Shown here piece after piece: positions 52,311 through 64,000 of a stretch of DNA of 64,000 nucleotides (its first letter is position 1; every line of letters starts with the position of its first letter). The notes below the pieces were generated by a model. It saw only the letters and a list, made by a program, of their open reading frames with translations. It did no database searches and had not been told where the DNA came from. Location: assembly GCF_006345805.1 (NCBI RefSeq), contig NC_043002.1:53196001-53260000 (forward strand). The letters are read 5' to 3'. The stretch comes from Octopus sinensis (lineage: Eukaryota). Made by a program: the position numbers and the translations under genes.

Positions 52311-52776
52311 GTTTAACTAATCCGTTCTATAAACACACACACACACACAACACACACACACACACACACACACACACCCACACCCACATACACACAGGGA
52401 GGGAATGGGAGAGAAAACGAGACAGTAGCTAAAACAACCACTTCTGTAATACGTGATTAACAAAAAGGTATTACGCTTTCTCATTTGCATATCAATACAT
52501 TTTGGGCGGAATTTCGGAATTAGGGAACAACAATGTGAAAAGAAATGGGAATTTTTCGCAAAATAAAAAAATAAAAATCCTTCAGAATAGAATGAAAAAC
52601 AGAAGTACTGTAATAATAATCAATTCTACTATAGGCACAAAGCCCAAAATTTTGGTGGATGGTGGCCTGTCGATTACATCGATCTTAGTGCTTATCTGGT
52701 ACTTATTTTATCGACCCTGAAAGGGTGAAAGGTAAAGTTGACCTCAGTGGAATTTTACTACCATAACCACCACCAG

Positions 52777-52832
<56 letters not shown>

Positions 52833-52842
52833 ATGATTATAA

Positions 52843-53255
52843 GGATCTTTTCGGTTTGAACGGCAGTTTTTTCTAGCGGTGTCATATGAAATTGTCGCCC
52901 ATAATTATGACCCTAGTATCGATCTATTGCATTTCAATCTGTTTTAGGGTTAGGGGTGGGGGGAAGGGTATCTTTTTTTCTTCACAAATGTATATAAACC
53001 CAATCTGTTTCTTAAACGAGGGACATATTCATACGGCACAGGATGTTTTTTTACCTCAATGGACGTGATTGATTGGTTGAAATTGCAGAAACTGAAGAAA
53101 AAAAACAACAAATATCTTACAAACTATAGAATTTTTTCAATAAAGCCAAGAGAAAAGGATGTTTTATAAACACATTCTACCAGTAATACGAAGCTTGAAA
53201 TTTTTTAGTTACCTAGAAATTATGTTAAAAACTGCCATTCAAACCGAAAAGATCC
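52843..53255. mobile_element. Second copy of the same MITE
   Basis: Same TIRs and body as 51420-51855. Confidence 0.85.
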
Positions 53256-53274
53256 AATAATAATAATGATAATA

Positions 53275-53497
53275 ACAACAAGGTCTGAACATTTTGCGAA
53301 GGGGTCTAATCATTTACATCGACCCAGTGCTCGACTGGTACTTAATTTATCGATCCCGACAGGATGAAAGGCAGCGACGGGCGAATTACCGCTAAGTATT
53401 TCGCGCGGCGTGCTAACGATTCTGCCAGGTCGCAGCCTTAATAACAACAACAACAACAACAACAATAATAATAATAATGATAATAATGATAATAATG

Positions 53498-53559
<62 letters not shown>

Positions 53560-53960
53560 TCTTTCTACTGGAAGGACAAGGCGTCAAATTTGGGGGAAGG
53601 GATTAAGTTGATTACATCGAACCCCAGTGCGTAACTGGTAATTAATTTAGCGACCCCGAAAAGATGAAAGGCAAAGTCGACCCTGGTGGAATTTGAACTC
53701 AGAACGTAGCAGCAGACGAAATACCTATTTCTTTACCACCCACGAGGGTCTAAACACAGGGAGGACAAACAAGGACAGACAAACGGATTAAGTCGATTAT
53801 ATCGACCCCAGTGCGTAACTGGTACTTATTTAATTGACCCCGAAAGGATGAAAGGCAAAGTCGACCTCGGCGGAATTTGAACTCAGAACGTAGCCGCAGA
53901 CAAAATACTGCTAAGCATTTCGCCCGGCGTGCTAACGTTTCTGCCAGCTCGCCGCCTAAT
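53275..53960 (-). mobile_element. Cluster of SINE family C copies among (AAT)n
   Basis: Copies at about 53275-53440 and 53555-53960. Confidence 0.8.
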
Positions 53961-54043
53961 AATAATAATAAATAATAATAATAATAATAATAATGATAAT
54001 AATAATCAATAACAAGAGTGCAACTGTTATCGAATGAACAATA

Positions 54044-54086
<43 letters not shown>

Positions 54087-54087
54087 C

Positions 54088-54134
<47 letters not shown>

Positions 54135-54795
54135 TAATAATAATGATAAATAGTTACACAAATAAATTTCTTGCTTATTTTAGTTAGTGATAACTATTCC
54201 GAACTGCGCCCATCTGTTGACGACACGTATGAATTAACGAAAGTACTGAGACAACGTGTTCATGAATGAAATGTAAATAAATTTACATGCATTTATGCAC
54301 TTAGGATTGGTGTATAAATAGGCCAGAGAGAGGGTCGGTGATTCAACTACAGGGTTTACACCTTATCCACAAACGCAATGGTTTAGAACTTTAATTAATT
54401 AGTGTGTGTGTGTGTGTGTAGGGGTTTGTATGTTTGTGTATGCGGAACACTGAGAGAAAGAGAGGGTGAGAGAGAGACAGAGTGAGAGAGAGAGAGTAGA
54501 GACTGAAAATTTTAACGAAGTAGTGGTACTTTTACGTCCGTCTCAGCGAAGATACTTAAATGCAGAAAAATTTTTTAAAATGCATCTAAAACCCTATATT
54601 GAAGTGGAAAAATCAAATTAAATACACGTGAAAATATGTACAAACCATTTATTAAAACAGGTATAAGCTAATACATTTTTACATGAACTTTCGTGTTACG
54701 CAGGTTTTCAAGTTGAGTAGCATGTCTATTTTTATTCATTTTCCCCTATCACAAAGTTTAAATGAATTCTAACTCTTTATATATATATATTATAT

Positions 54796-54840
<45 letters not shown>

Positions 54841-54846
<6 letters not shown>

Positions 54847-55295
54847 CCTTGAAAAGGATTTTAACCCAAGCTAAACTGCATTCAACATCAACCACAAAAC
54901 CAGCAGTTAGAAAATGTGGAAGGCCCAACTGCGGAATCTGTGTCATCTTGATAGAAGGTTCAGAATTTATACTAGAACAAGGCCACCAGTTCACCATTAG
55001 AGCAAACTTCACCTGCGCATCAGAAAACTTAATTTACGTCATAACATGCGCAGGCTGCAATAGGCAGTATATAGGCCATACAAAAAATAGCTTACGTAAC
55101 AGGATGGCGGTGCATAAATCACAAATTAGAAACCCTGAATACCGGAAAATACCGGTCAGCGGACACATAGATAGATGTGCTTACCCGCTTTATAAATTCA
55201 GTGACAACGCAACCTTCACGCAACGCCAAAATAAAGAACTGTATTTCATCAAAAAATTTAGACCAAGTTTAAACACCCTGGGCCAGGAATATTAA
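54841..55295 (+). CDS. PLE GIY-YIG endonuclease C-terminal fragment (no start codon)
   Basis: KCGRPNCGIC linker; FTCASENLIYVITCAGCNRQYIGHTKNSLRNRMAVH; KELYFIKKFRPSLN. Confidence 0.85.
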
Positions 55296-55485
55296 AACAA
55301 AAGATTGGTCCTCCGAAAAGGAGAAGCAAAATTCCACCACGGCCGCTACCTTAAACAGTCACTCACACTGACGGAAATATGCCTTAGGGAAAAAAGGAAA
55401 AAAAATTATAAAAAGATCTCTTCGAACAGATCTAACCCTGATGGACTGGCCATATACGACACAGCTAAGGGTCAGACCCGATTCT

Positions 55486-55904
55486 GATTGGTCAACACGT
55501 TGATGACGTCTCGTTCTGCTAGACTGGCCACCTAACAGGATACAGACAAGGGGCAGATCTAATACAGCTATAGGCCGGGATTGGTCAGAATATTGATGAC
55601 GTCCCGTTCTGCTTGACTGGTCACCTAACAGGATACAGACAAGGGGCAGATCTAATACAGCTATAGGTCGGGATTGGTCAGAATATTGATGACGTCCCGT
55701 TCTGCTTGACTAAGCCACCTAACGAAACAATTGGTCAAAACAGGATACAGACAAGGGGCAGATCTAATACAGCTATAGGTCGGGATTGGTCAGAATATTG
55801 ATGACGTCCCGTTCTGCTTGACTAAGCCATCTAACGAAACGATTGGTCAAAACGTTGATGACGTCACTTTACGCTGGACTGGCCACCTAACAGGTGATAT
55901 AAAA
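55486..55904 (+). promoter_or_regulatory. Tandem 93-bp array of inverted CCAAT plus CRE-like sites ending in TATAAAA (putative pLTR promoter)
   Basis: GATTGGTCA at 55486, 55579, 55672, 55784, 55841, each followed by TGATGACGTC; TGACGTCA 55859-55866; TATAAAA 55898-55904. Confidence 0.55.
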
Positions 55905-56225
55905 CCCAAACAATTCACAAGGTTCGCCAGAACTATCCAGCGAACACCGACCAAAAGTCATCACAGTTACTCAAGGTAAAATCTAAAATGAATTCCTCGC
56001 TCTTTCAGGAACATCAATTTTTTATATTGACTGCATATCACCACTTTGATCTATTTTTTATATTGAATGCATATCACCACTATGAACCACTGCATCATAC
56101 TCTCTAAACATATAGCATGAACGAACTCACTTCACTATATATGAACTTTTGATGTCTGACTCTATTGTATATTATAAATGAATTTTTTATATTTGATAGC
56201 ATGAACTATCTTTTTTTATATAAAA

Positions 56226-56274
56226 CTTTTTTTGATAAGGTTCATCATTTCAAGAACCGAAACATGTTATAATG
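56226..56274 (+). ncRNA. Minimal hammerhead motif, U3-A8 variant
   Basis: UUGAUAA-GGUUC-N10-GAACC-GAA-A-CAUG-U-U; stem I weak. Confidence 0.5.
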
Positions 56275-56393
56275 TATATATAAAAATTAAAAGTTTGTCT
56301 AATATAGCAGCATTTTCGAACTTCATTTTTTACAAATATAACCCACTCGTATACGAGCTAATCTTATTATAAATATATATATATAATATATAT

Positions 56394-56453
<60 letters not shown>

Positions 56454-56544
56454 CCGGAGAAACACATAAATGTGAAACAGGTGGAAAAAAGAGTACTCAA
56501 ATACCAGGGGTAGAGAGTAATATGCTTTATTTAAAAGCAGCAGA

Positions 56545-56608
56545 AATTCAACAAAACCTGTTACTCTGAGTTTCACGTTCCCGTTCGTCGGACAGGTTTT
56601 GTTGAATT
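56545..56608 (-). ncRNA. Type I hammerhead motif, U4C variant, closing a long hairpin
   Basis: 17-bp stem I; CCGACGA; ACG-GGAA-CGU; GAA; ACU-CAG-AGU; A (GUA site). Confidence 0.65.
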
Positions 56609-56785
56609 CGTGCTGCTTTTAAATAAAGTATATATATATATGTATGAAAAAAATTTATAACATTCTTCAACCATAATGACTCTAATATATTTTTAACCTT
56701 TTAAAACAAGCCTTCTGTAGTTTTTTCACTTTTTACTATTTTCTATATATTCAACCACGTGCTTTCACACACCAACTTTCTCACC

Positions 56786-56852
<67 letters not shown>

Positions 56853-57856
56853 ACCGTCATGTAAATTATGTATTGTATTTGTGCATGACTTTCAGCGTAC
56901 AACATGCTAGCACCCAAACGTCCACATAGATAAGTGAGCACACATTAATTCTGGGTGAGCTCAAATACTGTCGAAGTAGGTAACATACGTATAATAGATG
57001 GCAGGGTTTACGATATCGGGAGAATATCGCCTTCCTCCATTATCTCTTTTCGTTCTTCGCGCAGTTCAGGCTTCCGGCAGGCGAAGAGAGAAGACGTCAA
57101 GTACAAACGCAATTTGCAACTGGTTTATTTGCAAGTTTCACAGGATAGGTGAAGTGTGCTGCTCTCAGCAACCGTCTTTAGCTGTGTGCGTTGTGTAGTA
57201 GCTCCGTCAGCGAGGGCATATTGCCTCCAGAGGTACAATATGCAGACAGGCCCAGCCAAAGGAGTGCGCTTAGCCAGCGCTGCTGCTAAGAGGCGGAAAG
57301 AAAAAGGTTGAATCTGTTTCTGTTTTGCCCTTATATACAGTTTGCCATCGCGAGCGTCTTTGTGATCTCGCGCATGGCAAATGGATGCAGGTGAGGTCTC
57401 ACTCCAGTCTCGGAGATGACAATGGCTGCCGCGAGATCTCATCCAATATGGCGCTGACTGCTTGTGCCGCTGCATGCGTATTAGTAAGGCACTAAGTTTT
57501 ATATAATCGACTATACACATTACGCTCACTGTCCACCCCATCACCAAAAAATAAAGTTAGATGTGGTTTGGGGCCAAGAAATTAGGGAGTGCCTGACAAA
57601 ATGCATTATAGTAGTTAGTTGTATGCTGTTATGTTCTGAGGATCATTTAAAAAAAAACTTATTGAAACAGATGGAGAACAGCGAAAAGACACGTGGCTTC
57701 GCGAAGAAATTTCATTCCACACTAAACGAGCCAACGCAGCCTTTGTCTCTGCTAATTTTCTTTCGTATTTATTTGTATGTGAGTGTATGTATGTATGTGT
57801 CTGTACGTGAATATATGAGTATATATGCGTATACATATATGTGAATATATGTGTAT

Positions 57857-58200
57857 ACATGGTTCCAGGTTCAGTCCCACTGTGCGGCACCTTGTTCAAG
57901 TGTCTTCTACTATAGCCTCGGGCCGACCAAAACCTTGTGAGTGAATTTGGTAGACGGAAACTGAAAGAATCCCGTCGTATATATGTATATGTATGTATAT
58001 GTGTGTTTGTGTGTTTGTGTGTCTGTGTTTGTCCCACAAACATCGCTTGACATCCGATGTTGGTGTGTTTACGTCCCCGTAACTTAGCGGTTCGGCTAAG
58101 AGACCGATAGAATAAGTATTAGGCTTACAAAGAATAAGTCCTTGATTTGCTCGACTAAAGGCGGTGCTCCAGCATGGCCGCAGTCAAATGACTGAAACAA
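57857..58200 (+). mobile_element. SINE family B
   Basis: High similarity to 16111-16498. Confidence 0.85.
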
Positions 58201-59298
58201 TATGTGATGTGTGGAATGTGTGTGCAATCACAGTGGATATTGGTTGACGAAATTAGAAATAGAGGCCGTGAAAAAATGAGTGCTATGATTCATCTGGTGT
58301 TGTTGCAAGCAGAGGAAGTGATGGCGGTTATGTTTATATTAACGATAGTTTGTGCTATGATAATCACACGGCACAAAGTTGCAAGAAGACAGAGGGATAC
58401 TGAGCAAAAGGCAAAAGAGGGAACTTCTACAAAATCATTCAACAACCAAATCTCCTTCAGATCACACTCATTCATCTTGAAAATAAAACACATTTCAAGA
58501 TGTTCTCCTAAATAAAATAAACAATAGTAAGAAATGTATCATCACTTCATTTTATAATGTTGGTACCTAATAGTAGCGGGTTGCTAACATGACCGTTGAC
58601 CACAAGTAGTTGGGGCATGGATACAATGCCGTGCAAGTGACAGAATACAAAATAACCAACCTCACACACTATACTAAAACATGCCATACACTCAGACACA
58701 CACTCCCATATATGCACACACACATATAACCGTACACTGAAATGCACAACACACACACTTATATACATATCAATACATACATGGAGCATAAATTTATTTT
58801 ATTAATTTGTTCTGGAGAAAGAGCAGTGTCCATCTTCATTTCAGGTCCTTCATGACCAGTGAGATCGGCACATTCGTACGCACGCACGCATGCACACACA
58901 CAAACACACACACACGCTCTCTCCCCCTCTCTCTCTCATTCACTAATACTCTTCTATGTAAGTACATCGGTAATTGACTTAGCGACATGCTACTTAACTC
59001 GTAAAACGCCATAACACGAAAAATCATTAAAAGAATTTATTCGCTTATATCCGTTTTAACAAATGGTTTGTCCATATTTTCACATGTATTTTATTTGATT
59101 TTCCACTTCAGTGGTGAGTTTCAGGTGTATTAAAAAAAAAAGAAAATTATACCTTGAAGTATGTTCCTTGAAACGGATGTAAAGTCGGATAAAGTTACTG
59201 AAGTTGGGGTTTATTTCTTAATAAACAATGTGAAGTTGAAAAACACGTAATTCGAAACAACGTAAGTTGAGTTTTGTCCGTATATACATACATCCATG

Positions 59299-59450
<152 letters not shown>

Positions 59451-59891
59451 AGAATTATCGTACTTTGAAAGATGCTCCTATATTTCACAAACATATACAT
59501 ACACATAAGTATTAAGACTTTAACAACACGAGTCGTTCCCCCTGCAAACACGCTTTGCGTTTTTCTTTGCTCTTATTGAAAACGGTGAAAATATCAAGTA
59601 TTTTCGTGTGTGTTATTGAGTAGATCATGATTTTGGTAATGAATAAATGAAAATAAGATGCGTGTTTTGAGGGTTGTTTTCGGTAAGAAATCAAACACAT
59701 GTCCTTGGACAATTAGCAACTCATTTCTCGGTGTTTTCAAATAATTTTGTGTTCCAGCATGGCCACTGTCATTAGACTGAAACATATAAAAGAATAAGAG
59801 AATATGTTGACATGCTGTTACGTTTCATCAGTCACATGAAAAATCGTAAATGTGGAACTCAGAATTACTGTTCAACAGGCTTCGGTTTATA

Positions 59892-60011
<120 letters not shown>

Positions 60012-60330
60012 GACTGACTGTCTGTCTGCGTGTCTGTCTGTCCATGAGCGGCTTTTCCTCGGAAGCGTACGGAAATACGCGAAACTAGACGTCTAGTCTG
60101 AGAGATTCTCGATTCGGTCATGGGGTGGTTTCTTCCCCTATCAGAACATGTGTACACATTTGCGCTCTTCCTACGGCACAAGGAGTATTTTACTTCCATT
60201 TGTAGCAATGTAGGTGTCCCGACACCCTTAGGCACATTTAGTGACGATTGGATTTTTCCTTTATGGCATTACATTGCGCCCAGCTGTTTATTTTAATTTA
60301 TACACATACATACATACATACATACATACA

Positions 60331-60378
<48 letters not shown>

Positions 60379-60397
60379 ATATATATATTATATATAT

Positions 60398-60428
<31 letters not shown>

Positions 60429-60659
60429 TATATAATGTGTATGTATGGTTATGTATACGTGTATGTATATATGTATGCTTGTATGTGTGTGAGTATATCT
60501 GTTATATATAACAGTACACACACACACCACACACACACACACATACAATGTTTCGCCATTTCCTCTCCTACAGCTGAGATAAGAGATTTCAATAAATTTC
60601 TGTATGCTTGTTTTATGTTTGAGTCCATCATAATAATACTTCAGTTGCTTTCATCTAGT

Positions 60660-60721
<62 letters not shown>

Positions 60722-61644
60722 TATATATCTTACATTACTTCGTATTCAAATACAATTTTCAAAACGCAGTCCGAAATTGTACTGTGAAGCAGACAAAATA
60801 GCAAGTCTAATTAGGCAAGGGATATATTATAAACTTCATAATATATATACCGTCAATCAAAAACATTTATGTAATTTAGAGATACTGATGGTGGGTGTGA
60901 TGAAAGTAGTGAGATATATCTTTAGAGGCAGTTGAAAAATGGTTAGAGACAGTTTAAAAAACGGGTAGCTAAAGATATAATCGTTTTTCTAACAAGTAGA
61001 GAAAACAATATTTTTCTTGGAACTTCTCCAAGTTATTTTATTGAAAATACAAGAATATTTATTCCCCGGCGGTTGTAAAGCATTTAAAGAGAATATTCAT
61101 AATTTCAAAAGACGAAATTCTAATAATAAATAAATATTAAAACCCACCCTCCGTGCAGAACTAGCGTGAAGTTTCTTGTGGTCGATTCGTAATTAATCTC
61201 GAGAGTCGTCTTAGTTTCATTTTATTACCCGTTTCACCTTTCTTTCTCAACCTCCATCTATGGATTTATTGATATTACTTTCTCAATGATTCTGCTCTTG
61301 TTTGTCTCCAAGTAAACTCTGCTCAAGAATATCAATTATCAAATGTGTCCATCCGTGAGTATTCAGTTTTTTTCATTCTGGAAATAACGTATCAATTCAC
61401 AGCCATTGGAGCGCGAAGTGCTCCTCACGAACGCACCTTCATGAGATGGTTGTGATCTGTAAACAGTTTTCAGTAGCAACCGGAAAGAGACATATGAACA
61501 CGCAATGCGCATGTCAAAATAAAATGGATAAGAAAAATAAAAATGCAATGCAAATGTCAAACAAATGATGGTCTGCATGCCCCGTCTGATACCACTATCA
61601 CGCAGCTTTGCTGCGATTTTCTTGTTAGAAAGGTTTTAAATAAT

Positions 61645-61899
61645 AATAAATGCGCCCTTTTAAAGCCTAGCCAGGATCATGGGCCCGGTTTCCCGGTTTC
61701 TATAGCGTATGTGTTTCCCAGCTGGATGGGACGCCAGTCTGTCGCAGCGTAACTCATTTTTGCCAGCTGGGTGGACTGGAGCAACGTTAAATGAAGTGTT
61801 TTGCTCAAGAACACAACGCGTCGCCCGTTCCAGGAATCGAAACCACAATCTTACGATCATGATGCTGACTCCCTAACTACTAAGCCATGCGCCTCCACA
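61645..61899 (-). mobile_element. SINE family A variant with target-site duplication
   Basis: A and B boxes on the minus strand; TAGAAAGGTTTTA on both flanks. Confidence 0.85.
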
Positions 61900-62888
61900 T
61901 AGAAAGGTTTTAGCATGATATAAAAGAAATTTGGTTATTATTTCTCCTAAGTGCTTACTCTTTGACAGGATTAAGGATTGGTTGTGTAATTGTGCGTAGA
62001 CTGTGGTTTGGAATTTGGTAAATTACTGAATGATTCCAGATCACAGGGGAGTGACATGATAGTTACCATCCATTGCGTCTAGATTTTCCAATAATAGGGC
62101 ATCCACATTCATGAGTAACAATGATATTTACGTTACAGGAATCAACCCGTGTCGAATGCGTAGATGAGTTTATTCGAAGAAAAATGATTATCGAGTGAAA
62201 ACCATTATGGCCAGTCGGTAACGAAGGCAAGAGTAATAGTGAAGGTCCTTCCATGAGACCGATGGTAGTTTACCATCCATTAATGTCCAGATGGCCAGAT
62301 TTCTTCTGGCACTGTGATGGTTACGAAGTGAAATTCTCAACCACTCAACATGGTCCGGTTCCCTTATTGTTCCAAGTCAGGTAATTTCGATTAATTTTCA
62401 TTGAAATTATGTAACTTGTTACACGAAAGTAATTCGAAAAAAAAACCTAGTAAATTTTTGCTTTTTTTATTATCAGATCCTTTCACTTAGATCAATTGTC
62501 ATCATATTATTAAATAAATCATAACTGGCTCAATCCAAGATAACACTCTTAAATTAACATTCTTCATATGCGAACAAAGCATATCAGATGAATTGTCACA
62601 TAGTTACATTTTTCTAAGTCTTTGTCGGAGATGCATTCGAAGAGAGGAAGACAGAAGCGAAAGAGAAAGACAGCACTCAGTATTTGCTATACACCTTAGT
62701 ATTTATTGGTGTACCGATGGAAAAAAAAATACTCTGTGCATGTAATAGATCTTATTTATTAGTTCGAAAGCTTGTTATTTCACTCTCTTCTCGGAAGGTT
62801 TCGATCGTGTGCCCTCGTTTATATGACAGAGAGAATTATCATCGGCACGCACACATATATGCAGGTATACATAAGTGTATGCGTTCAT

Positions 62889-62933
<45 letters not shown>

Positions 62934-63226
62934 GTCCCTCTCTCTCTATATATATTGTTATATTTACGGATGGTCATATTTTGCCAATTAAACACATGCA
63001 TTATATATTTCGGTCTTCACTTAAACTTTATTACAATTGTTTTAGTTTCTGTTGTCAGAGTTCTTTCGTCACACATTTTGTGACCTCTTCAACAACTCTC
63101 TATCCCACGTGTCTCCTCTTGTTCTGCTTTATCGGCAAAAATATGACCACCGCCAAGTATAACAATATATGTTTCAACACATGATTTCACATCAAGATTC
63201 TTGCAAAACGAATATATATATATGTA

Positions 63227-63261
<35 letters not shown>

Positions 63262-64000
63262 CACACACACACACATGACGAGAGGAGATTGACAGAGTCG
63301 GATAGATTAATTGCAGTGTTCGTCCTGGCTTCCAGCGCCCTGAGGCCTACCTTATCTTTCATTCTCTTGGGCCGGTAAATAAAGTACTAATTAAATACTG
63401 GTTGAATTATTTACTCTCTTCCCCCACCCCAGTCTCCTTCTCTTTATCTCTTTCGTTCATACATATGCTCACACACACACACACCACACACACATGTATG
63501 CTCCCCTTTTCTCTCACTCTATGAAATAAATTGGCTGTGTTCAGATCTACCGAGGAATAGGACATGTCAGGTGTCTAAACATAGAAGTCAAAATACTTCT
63601 AAGCTATGGAAGAATCATTAAATTAATACAGACATGATAGGAAAAAAATTAGTGAACAAGAATAGCGTTTTACCTCCGCCAAGGATGTAAGGGCTTATGT
63701 AGTACCCTAGTATATATAAATATATTTATATATATTGTATATAATTATTTATTAGCCTATACGGTTCTTATGCTCGCGGCCACTAACGTTATTTTTTTCA
63801 GAAATAATATCGTTCTTTTATAATTATAAATAATTTCACATGGTTCGTTTGTTTCAATGGTGTTCGGTTATTCAAATGAATTTACAGGCATGGTTGCAGT
63901 AAATTCTGACAGCTGTCCCTAGCAGATCTGACTGAAGAGAATCAAGCGCCTTTGGTGCTAAATTGGAAATCCTGATATCAAATTAATTGACATTCCTCCT

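Larger units (their letters stand above)
54841..56367 (+). mobile_element. 5'-truncated Penelope-like element (Neptune-type) inserted in (TA)n
   Basis: GIY-YIG ORF end, tandem array, TATA, HHR motif; (TA)n on both sides. Confidence 0.8.

Noticed and set aside
54200-54255. Further hammerhead-like remnant (also about 20200, 28740-28785 and 34575-34630)
   Set aside because: Core or stems are too degenerate to distinguish from chance.
55486-55870. CRISPR-like array
   Set aside because: The units are near-identical throughout with no unique spacers, and the context is a eukaryotic transposon.
62138-62380. Splice-like sites in unique DNA
   Set aside because: All three frames hit stops shortly after the acceptor, and there is no other support.

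Overview
AT-rich, microsatellite-saturated animal genomic DNA. The SINE, LINE and Penelope repertoire is most consistent with a cephalopod (Octopus-like) genome; this is an inference from repeat content. There is one 100-N gap (9979-10078). I found no confidently identifiable host protein-coding gene, and most ORFs in the track are microsatellite or SINE artefacts. The window is a mosaic of three tRNA-derived SINE families and degenerate LINEs (Tx1/L1, RTE, CRE). It also holds Penelope-like elements (PLEs), hAT and Tc1/mariner-type transposons, Helitrons, MITEs and a tRNA-Arg(ACG) retro-chimera. The most notable signal is a set of type I hammerhead ribozyme (HHR) motifs in several unrelated short elements, most of them beside (TA)n tracts. 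These include a tandem ~470-bp unit with a full HHR core and an enlarged stem II (retrozyme/pLTR-like), a U4C-core HHR closing a long hairpin, and a U3-A8 compensatory HHR downstream of a GIY-YIG ORF. Also present are several long palindromes, a CCAAT/CRE/TATA tandem array, and a CpG-depleted domain at about 19-37 kb. All folds were done by eye, and repeat boundaries are approximate.
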